12,078 nucleotides of DNA from a virus. Lineage: Duplodnaviria > Heunggongvirae > Uroviricota > Caudoviricetes. Positions 7,006-12,078 of the stretch are shown here, piece after piece. The stretch's first letter is position 1. Every line of letters starts with the position of its first letter. The translations under genes and the position numbers were made by a program. The notes under the pieces were generated by a model. The model did no database searches. It was given only the letters and a program-made list of their open reading frames with translations, and was not told the origin of the DNA. The stretch lies in the IMG/VR virus record IMGVR_UViG_2703718672_000013; one strand, 5' to 3'.

Positions 7006-7222
7006 TCAATATGTCGAGACGAAGGTATGTTTCGGCGCGCAGCCAGGCTCTGTAATCCGGGAGCATTTCGGGGCTGTTACACCAGCGGTTTGTTGCTGCA
7101 ACATTTAATACATGAGCCTGATAAAGGCTTTTCAAAAAATACATGTCGAACCTCCTCTGGTTCTGTCGATTGGGAACCACAGATTATATCCGGAGGAAGG
7201 TTCGGCACCAGATGAGGTAGCC

Positions 7223-8314
7223 ATGCGTGATTACGCAAAAGTTTCTCCGCGATTCTGGCTGGGAGAAACGGGGAGAGAACTTAGAAAGGCGGGTGCAGAA
7301 GCGCAAGTTGTTGCTTTTTACCTGATGACATCCCCTCACGCAAATATGCTGGGTTTGTATTACCTGCCAGTTTTATACCTTGCTCATGAAACCGGGCTTG
7401 GTCTGGAAGGGGCTTCAAAGGGGCTTAAAAGGGCTGTTGAAGCTGGTTTTTGTAGCTATGACCATGATGCAGAGATGGTCTGGGTCCATGAAATGGCAGC
7501 CTGGCAGGTTGGGGAAACGTTGAAGCCTGGCGATAACCGTTGTGCAGGTGTCAGGAATGAGTATGCATCATTACCTGAAAACGCTTTTCTGTCAGTGTTT
7601 TACGACAGATATAAAACGGATTTCCATCTGGATGTGAGGCGGAATAATAGCCGAAATTCGGTAAGGGGCTTCGAAGGGGCTTTTAAGGGGCTTCGAAGCC
7701 AAGAACAGGAACAGGAGCAGGAGAAAGAACAGGAACAGGACAAAAACACTATGGTTCATGGCAAAAAAAACACCACGAACCAGGCAGGGGATGTTCAGAC
7801 CGTCAATCCTGGTCAGCCAGCAGGCACGACACCGGAAGCCGATTCGGGCGCTGTGCAGCAGGTGATGACCGCAGGGTCGGAGCAATCACACCAACTGCAG
7901 CAGCCTGAAGCCGATTCCGCCATTCAGCGGGAAGCCGATCGGGTAGTCCCGGAAAGCACCGGGCAGTCTGTGGGACGAGTGGATTATCCGGATGTGTTCG
8001 AACAGGTCTGGCGGGAATACCCGTTGCGTGCTGGGGCAAACCCGAAGAAATCCGCTTTCAGTGCCTGGAAGGCCAGATTGCGCGAGGGGGTGCCACCAGA
8101 GACCATGCTGGATGGTGTGAGGCGTTACGCGAGATACCTGGCGGCGACCGGGAAAGCGGGAACGGAATTTGTTCAGCGAGCGACGACGTTTTTTGGGCCG
8201 GACCGGAATTTTGAAAACCCCTGGTTGCTCCCGGTAAGCGGCACGAACAACCAGCGTTGTGTGAATCATATTTCTGAACCGGATACCGAAATTCCGCCGG
8301 GATTCAGGGGGTGA
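7223..8314 (+). CDS. Phage replication initiation protein (O-like/primosomal; conserved phage C-terminal domain) with an internal EQ-repeat linker
   Basis: ATG at 7223 with GAGG at 7213-7216 (track ORF starts 37 codons upstream); C-terminal region DYPDVFEQVWREYPLRAGANPKKSAFSAWKARLREG recalled from phage replication proteins; immediately followed by a DnaC-like gene. Confidence 0.72.
   Translation: MRDYAKVSPRFWLGETGRELRKAGAEAQVVAFYLMTSPHANMLGLYYLPVLYLAHETGLGLEGASKGLKRAVEAGFCSYDHDAEMVWVHEMAAWQVGETLKPGDNRCAGVRNEYASLPENAFLSVFYDRYKTDFHLDVRRNNSRNSVRGFEGAFKGLRSQEQEQEQEKEQEQDKNTMVHGKKNTTNQAGDVQTVNPGQPAGTTPEADSGAVQQVMTAGSEQSHQLQQPEADSAIQREADRVVPESTGQSVGRVDYPDVFEQVWREYPLRAGANPKKSAFSAWKARLREGVPPETMLDGVRRYARYLAATGKAGTEFVQRATTFFGPDRNFENPWLLPVSGTNNQRCVNHISEPDTEIPPGFRG
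7407..7436. repeat. Iteron-like cluster 1: AAGGGGCTT at 7407 and 7418 plus degenerate AAGGGCTG at 7429, all 11-bp phased
   Basis: Read directly in the sequence; lies within the replication initiator ORF. Confidence 0.55.
7663..7700. repeat. Iteron-like cluster 2 (candidate ori core): AAGGGGCTT x3 at 7663, 7674 and 7685, 11-bp phased; includes the perfect palindrome GGCTTCGAAGCC
   Basis: Read directly in the sequence; followed by a hexamer tract and an A-rich stretch, inside the initiator ORF as in the lambda O/ori arrangement. Confidence 0.55.
7703..7744. repeat. Tandem hexanucleotide tract (GAACAG/GAGCAG/GAGAAA)x7 encoding the EQEQEQEKEQEQD linker
   Basis: Read directly in the sequence; possible length-variable microsatellite. 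Confidence 0.6.
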
Positions 8315-8320
8315 TGTGGC

Positions 8321-9067
8321 ATGAAAAACATTGCGGCAGCCGGGGTTCTTGAACGTATTCGCAGACTTGCACCACAGGCGTCGGTTCCACCGTACCGGAC
8401 GGTGGAGGAGTGGCGGGAATGGCAACTTGCTGAAGGACGAAAACGCAGCGAGGAGATTAACCGCCAGAATCACCAGTTGCGGGTGGAAAAAATCCTGAAT
8501 CGTTCGGGCATCCAGCCTCTGCACAGCAAATGCTCGTTTGCGAATTATCAGGTGCAGAACGACGGGCAAAAATACGCGCTGAGCCAGGCCAAATCCATAG
8601 CTGACGAACTGATGACCGGGTGCACGAATTTTGTGTTCAGCGGTAAAACCGGCACCGGGAAAAATCACCTTGCAGCGGCGATGGGTAACCGGCTGATGGC
8701 GAAGGGGCGCAGCGTGATTATCGTCACCGTGTCTGATGTCATGAGCGTGTTGCATGACAGCTACGACAACGGCAAATCCGGGGAAAAATTTTTACAGGAG
8801 CTTTGCAGTGTTGATTTGCTGGTCCTGGATGAAATAGGCGTTCAGCGGGAGACGAAAAACGAGCAGGTGGTATTACACCAGATAATTGATCGCCGGACAG
8901 CATCACTGTGCAGTGTCGGGATGTTAACAAACCTGAATCATGCCGCAATGAGTACACTTCTTGGTGAGAGGATTATGGACCGCATGACCATGAACGGTGG
9001 TCGATGGGTGACGTTTAACTGGGATAGCTGGCGTCCAAATGTCAGCAATATGAGGGTTGTGAAGTAA
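8321..9067 (+). CDS. DnaC-like helicase loader (AAA+ ATPase; YdaV/lambda-P functional analogue)
   Basis: Walker A GKTGTGKNHLA, Walker B LLVLDEIG; ATG 7 nt after the upstream stop; 248 aa. Confidence 0.85.
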   Translation: MKNIAAAGVLERIRRLAPQASVPPYRTVEEWREWQLAEGRKRSEEINRQNHQLRVEKILNRSGIQPLHSKCSFANYQVQNDGQKYALSQAKSIADELMTGCTNFVFSGKTGTGKNHLAAAMGNRLMAKGRSVIIVTVSDVMSVLHDSYDNGKSGEKFLQELCSVDLLVLDEIGVQRETKNEQVVLHQIIDRRTASLCSVGMLTNLNHAAMSTLLGERIMDRMTMNGGRWVTFNWDSWRPNVSNMRVVK

Positions 9068-9088
9068 TTTTGTCCGGAGGAAATTTTA

Positions 9089-9583
9089 ATGGAAACCGTA
9101 TCTGACGCACTGAAAGCACTGAAAAAAGCCTCTTCACATGTGGTGGCAGCTCGCCTTGGAATCAGTCGTGAAGAGGCTGTCAACGAGCTGTGGGAACTCA
9201 AAATAAATGGCGTCGTTGATAAAACTGGTCACACCTGGTTTCTGGCTGGCGAAGGTGAATCCCGGGTAACCGAAGAGCGGCCAGTAAAATCTGAAGCACA
9301 GGATATGCTGACCGGGGAGGTCGAACAAAAAGTTACCGCAGACATGATGATTGAGTTTATCGGTCAGGATGGGGCTAAAACGTGTGAGGAACTGGCGGGT
9401 AAGTTCGGTGTCAGTACTCGCAAGGTTGCTTCCACGCTGGCGGTGGTAACCGCAACGGGGCGGCTGGCACGCGTTAATCAGAACGGTAAATTTCGTTACT
9501 GCATGCCGGGCGATAATTTACCAGCAGAGCCGAAAGCCGCGCTGGTAACGGAAAGTGATGGTAAGGCCTTTCCTCAGCCAGCA
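9089..9583 (+). CDS. Hypothetical prophage protein with two winged-helix-like repeats, 3' end lost in the N-gap
   Basis: ATG at 9089 with GGAGG upstream; internal duplication (AARLGISREEAVNELWELKINGVVDKTGHTWFL / ELAGKFGVSTRKVASTLAVVTATGRLARVNQNGKFRYCM); ORF runs into the N run. Confidence 0.5.
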
Positions 9584-9653
9584 NNNNNNNNNNNNNNNNN
9601 NNNNNNNNNNNNNNNNNNNNNNNNNNNNNNNNNNNNNNNNNNNNNNNNNNNNN
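9584..9653. other. Assembly gap (70 N)
   Basis: Run of n characters. Confidence 0.99.
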
Positions 9654-9695
9654 TCCCGCCGTGTTGTATCGGAAAAGTGATTGCCGGAGGCGCTT

Positions 9696-10109
9696 ATGGC
9701 AAAAGTATTTACACAGGAAGAGCGGGAAAAAATTAAAGGGCAGGTTGTTGAGCTAGTACGCCGGAGTGGGCGCGAGACGTTACGGCAACTGGAAGCCAAG
9801 ACAGGTGCGACAAGATATCTGATGAGCGTTCTTGCCAGAGAGCTGGTTGCCAGTGGCGATGTATACAACTCTGGTTACGGGTTATTCCCATCTGAACAGG
9901 CTCGTAAGGACTGGCAAAACGCCCGCAAAAAACTATCGAGGGCAAAACTGAAGAAACCGGTTGTGGTTGATCCTGACCTTATCTGGTCATTACCAGACGG
10001 AGAAATACGCCGCTATGACAGGCAATTGAACATAATTTGTAGTGAGTGCCGTAACAGTGAAGTGATGCAGCGAGTTTTGATATTTTACACAGGAGTAATG
10101 ATGGAATAG
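9696..10109 (+). CDS. Hypothetical protein (137 aa)
   Basis: ATG at 9696 with GGAGG 5 nt upstream; protein-like composition; possibly a fragment of a longer ORF continuing from before the gap. Confidence 0.45.
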   Translation: MAKVFTQEEREKIKGQVVELVRRSGRETLRQLEAKTGATRYLMSVLARELVASGDVYNSGYGLFPSEQARKDWQNARKKLSRAKLKKPVVVDPDLIWSLPDGEIRRYDRQLNIICSECRNSEVMQRVLIFYTGVMME

Positions 10110-10460
10110 TGAAAATAACATGAAACCTTTGGATTCTGGTGTTTCAGTGGATGGGAAAAGAGCAGATACATAGAAAATGAATAGCAATAATTCACAGTCT
10201 GGATGTTGTTTGTATGCTTATAAAATGATCCTAGTATGCATTGCCGGAGTTGAATCAGCTCCAATGAAGAAACTGAGAGGAGTATTTAGAAGATAGCTAA
10301 ATGGATGTAATTATTAGTATCTAAAAAATAGTATTTTTGAAATGGGTCTAAGAACACAACAATGTACAAATGAGAAGTTATCTTTTAATATGTTCAAAGA
10401 CCCATTAGGATTGATATCAGTTATGTTAGCTAGATTGATAAAGTGATTACATATTTTCTG

Positions 10461-11234
10461 TTATATGCTGAAATGAATAATGCTATTCCAGAGTGCAGCA
10501 GAGAAAGTCTCCTGATGATTGAGCTCTGGAAATTGTACAATAGAAAAATTACTGTATTTTTCTGTCAAAATATTTCTCAAAACAGATTCCGCTTTGATGG
10601 CTTCAGGATATAAAGATGCGGAGTAATCAAGGCTAAGATTTCCGTTAAGCAAGCATATACTTTTAGTGTGCTTTGATTCTGATATATCATCTTTAATTAT
10701 CTTGATGATTCTTTCATTCTGCCATAGAAGTGATGGTGCAGATATATAATAATAGTTAAAGCATGAATTATTTTTTAAGCAATCAAGCACAAAAATAGCA
10801 CCTAGCGAGTGCCCCCATATACCGATTCTGGAACTGTTCGGAGCAATAGTACTAACCCATGGCATGATCTGAGTTAGTAATAATTCTCGGAAAGACTGGC
10901 TTCCTCCACCAGTAAAGTAGATCCATGCTGGTTTAGAGTTATCAACAATAGCATTTTCACCATCAGGAGTATAATCGTAAGCACGGCGATGAATGCTAAG
11001 GTTATTCCAAGATTCATAACCAAGTGTAACTAACACTGGTGGATTGGGTAGTGCATCAATAACAGGCAGAATATCAGAAATGTAATTGTTGGCACTATTC
11101 CCATCAAGTATATAAAGAGTTGCATTATTTTTTTTAATGTTTTTTGGAGTAAAAATACATATTTTATATTTGGTGTCATGGTTAATTGAGTTAAATATGC
11201 GTGTTTGACAATGAATGTCCATATGTTTAGTCAT
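10461..11234 (-). CDS. Alpha/beta-hydrolase, putative esterase (esterase-D/IroE/Fes-like fold) in an AT-rich island
   Basis: 257-aa ORF; nucleophile elbow G-H-S-L-G (GIWGHSLGAIFVLD), upstream LYILDGNS and GGGS motifs, C-terminal His (LNHQETF); GGGGAG Shine-Dalgarno; N/I/K/S-rich composition consistent with foreign origin. Confidence 0.7.
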   Translation of the reverse strand: MTKHMDIHCQTRIFNSINHDTKYKICIFTPKNIKKNNATLYILDGNSANNYISDILPVIDALPNPPVLVTLGYESWNNLSIHRRAYDYTPDGENAIVDNSKPAWIYFTGGGSQSFRELLLTQIMPWVSTIAPNSSRIGIWGHSLGAIFVLDCLKNNSCFNYYYISAPSLLWQNERIIKIIKDDISESKHTKSICLLNGNLSLDYSASLYPEAIKAESVLRNILTEKYSNFSIVQFPELNHQETFSAALWNSIIHFSI

Positions 11235-11781
11235 GCGTTCTCCCCATGAGCATTAAAGGATGCTTAAGATATGCTATGTCACTGATAAAAAATTTGTTGT
11301 GTGTGTTTAGTTATTTTATCTACCTCCATTATGATTTAAGACTGATATATGTTATCAGCAAAGGTACATCGTTATTATTTTACCTGTCAATACATTTGAT
11401 ATTGATTATCGTTTACATCGCTTGCTTAGGAAATTGAAGGCAGGTAACTATCATGTCAATGAACTAACCCACAGTCTAACGTACTTCTTTCCCCAATCAC
11501 CAACAACCAAATTCCTGTTATCACCACTGGGATTTTGGCGCAACTTCATGGTGCAGAGGTAAATAGCATCAAGCAAAATCTCTTTTTCCGTTGTTGTCCT
11601 TATGGGACGTCTGTCTTTCTGACCGATTTCATATTGGCGAGGTAATGGGAAGTTAAGTAGAATAGCTGCGGGTGCTTGAGGCTATCTGCCTCGGGCATGA
11701 ACACCAACGGCAGATAGAGAAAAGCCCCAGTTAACATTACGCGTCCTGCAAGACGCCTAACATTAATCTGAGGCTCAATCT

Positions 11782-11994
11782 ATGAACGGCAAATCTAGGT
11801 TAGCCTCTTACGTGCCGAAAGGCAAGGAGAAGCAGGCTATGAAGCAGCAAAAGGCGATGTTAATCGCCCTGATCGTCATCTGTTTAACCGTCATAGTGAC
11901 GGCACTGGTAACGAGGAAAGACCTCTGCGAGGTACGAGTCCGAACCGGCCAGACGGAGGTCGCTGTCTTCACAGCTTACGAACCTGAGGAGTAA
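11782..11994 (+). CDS. mok-like overlapping reading frame of a hok/sok-type type I toxin locus
   Basis: 70-aa ORF that contains the hok-like frame, the arrangement of mok/hok; GAGG upstream of ATG 11782. Confidence 0.5.
   Translation: MNGKSRLASYVPKGKEKQAMKQQKAMLIALIVICLTVIVTALVTRKDLCEVRVRTGQTEVAVFTAYEPEE
11839..11994 (+). CDS. hok: Hok/Gef-family type I toxin (51 aa membrane peptide)
   Basis: MKQQKAMLIALIVICLTVIVTALVTRKDLCEVRVRTGQTEVAVFTAYEPEE matches the Hok family signature (LTRKSLCEIR...EVAAF.AYE) as I recall it; a 9-bp hairpin lies in the leader (11682-11717). Confidence 0.78.
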   Translation: MKQQKAMLIALIVICLTVIVTALVTRKDLCEVRVRTGQTEVAVFTAYEPEE

Positions 11995-12064
11995 GAGACC
12001 TGGCGGGGGAGAAATCCCTCGCCACCTCTGATGGGTCAGGCCTCCTCAACGCACCCGCACTTAA

Positions 12065-12078
12065 CCCGCTTCGGCGGG
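12065..12078 (+). terminator. Partial hok-mRNA 3' terminator hairpin (CCCGC-TTCG-GCGGG), cut by the window end
   Basis: Stem-loop read directly in the sequence; the expected U-run would lie beyond the window. Confidence 0.5.

Noticed and set aside
6689-7180. Minus-strand 163-aa ORF
   Set aside because: Largely antisense to the plus-strand 169-aa ORF, which fits the operon orientation; kept only as an alternative in the findings.
7112-7222. Upstream 37-codon extension of the replication gene
   Set aside because: It begins at a non-ATG codon; the ATG at 7223 has a properly spaced GAGG.
7592-8957. Minus-strand ORFs 7592..7885, 7803..8039, 7886..8755 (289 aa) and 8739..8957
   Set aside because: Antisense to the replication initiator and DnaC-like genes in a GC-rich region where long spurious ORFs are common; Arg/Pro/His-rich composition.
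8938-9868. Minus-strand ORFs 8938..9201, 9134..9328, 9518..9868, 9733..9945
   Set aside because: Antisense to better-supported plus-strand genes, or running through the N-gap.
9990-10293. Minus ORF 9990..10187 and a 38-aa plus ORF at about 10177..10293
   Set aside because: No ribosome-binding site or recognisable features; AT-rich intergenic DNA produces short ORFs by chance.
11246-11437. Plus-strand 63-aa hydrophobic ORF
   Set aside because: Lies in AT-rich DNA upstream of the esterase gene, no Shine-Dalgarno; Ile/Leu/Tyr-rich translation is typical of AT-rich non-coding sequence.
1-12078. CRISPR arrays, rRNA, tRNA, insertion-sequence ends
   Set aside because: No spacer-interspersed direct repeat arrays, rRNA-like segments or terminal inverted repeats flanking a transposase were seen; the only tandem repeats are the iteron-like 9-mers and the hexamer tract inside the replication gene.

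Overview
This window reads as the early/immunity region of a Rac/Qin-like lambdoid prophage from an Escherichia-type genome. Right to left on the minus strand: a cI-like repressor, a small antitoxin and a ParE/RelE-family toxin (a three-gene module in the slot lambda uses for cI-rexA-rexB), a terminator, an OL-like palindrome, then a leftward operon (YdfA/YdaF-like, YdfB/YdaG-like, a frameshifted gene, a DicF-like sRNA, DicB-like, YdfD-like) ending in a large RecE-like exonuclease that runs off the window start. Rightward from an OR-like palindrome: Cro/YdaS-like, YdaT-like, a 169-aa unknown, a replication initiator with internal iteron-like repeats, a DnaC-like helicase loader, and two hypothetical genes split by a 70-N assembly gap. 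The right end holds a strongly AT-rich island with a minus-strand alpha/beta-hydrolase (esterase-family) gene, then a hok/mok-type type I toxin locus whose terminator is cut by the window end. All homology calls are from reading the translations and from memory of the families; no database search was run. The candidates I consider least explained are the AT-rich esterase island, a small zinc-ribbon ORF antisense to the leftward operon, and the RecE-like protein with a DEDDh-type C-terminal domain.
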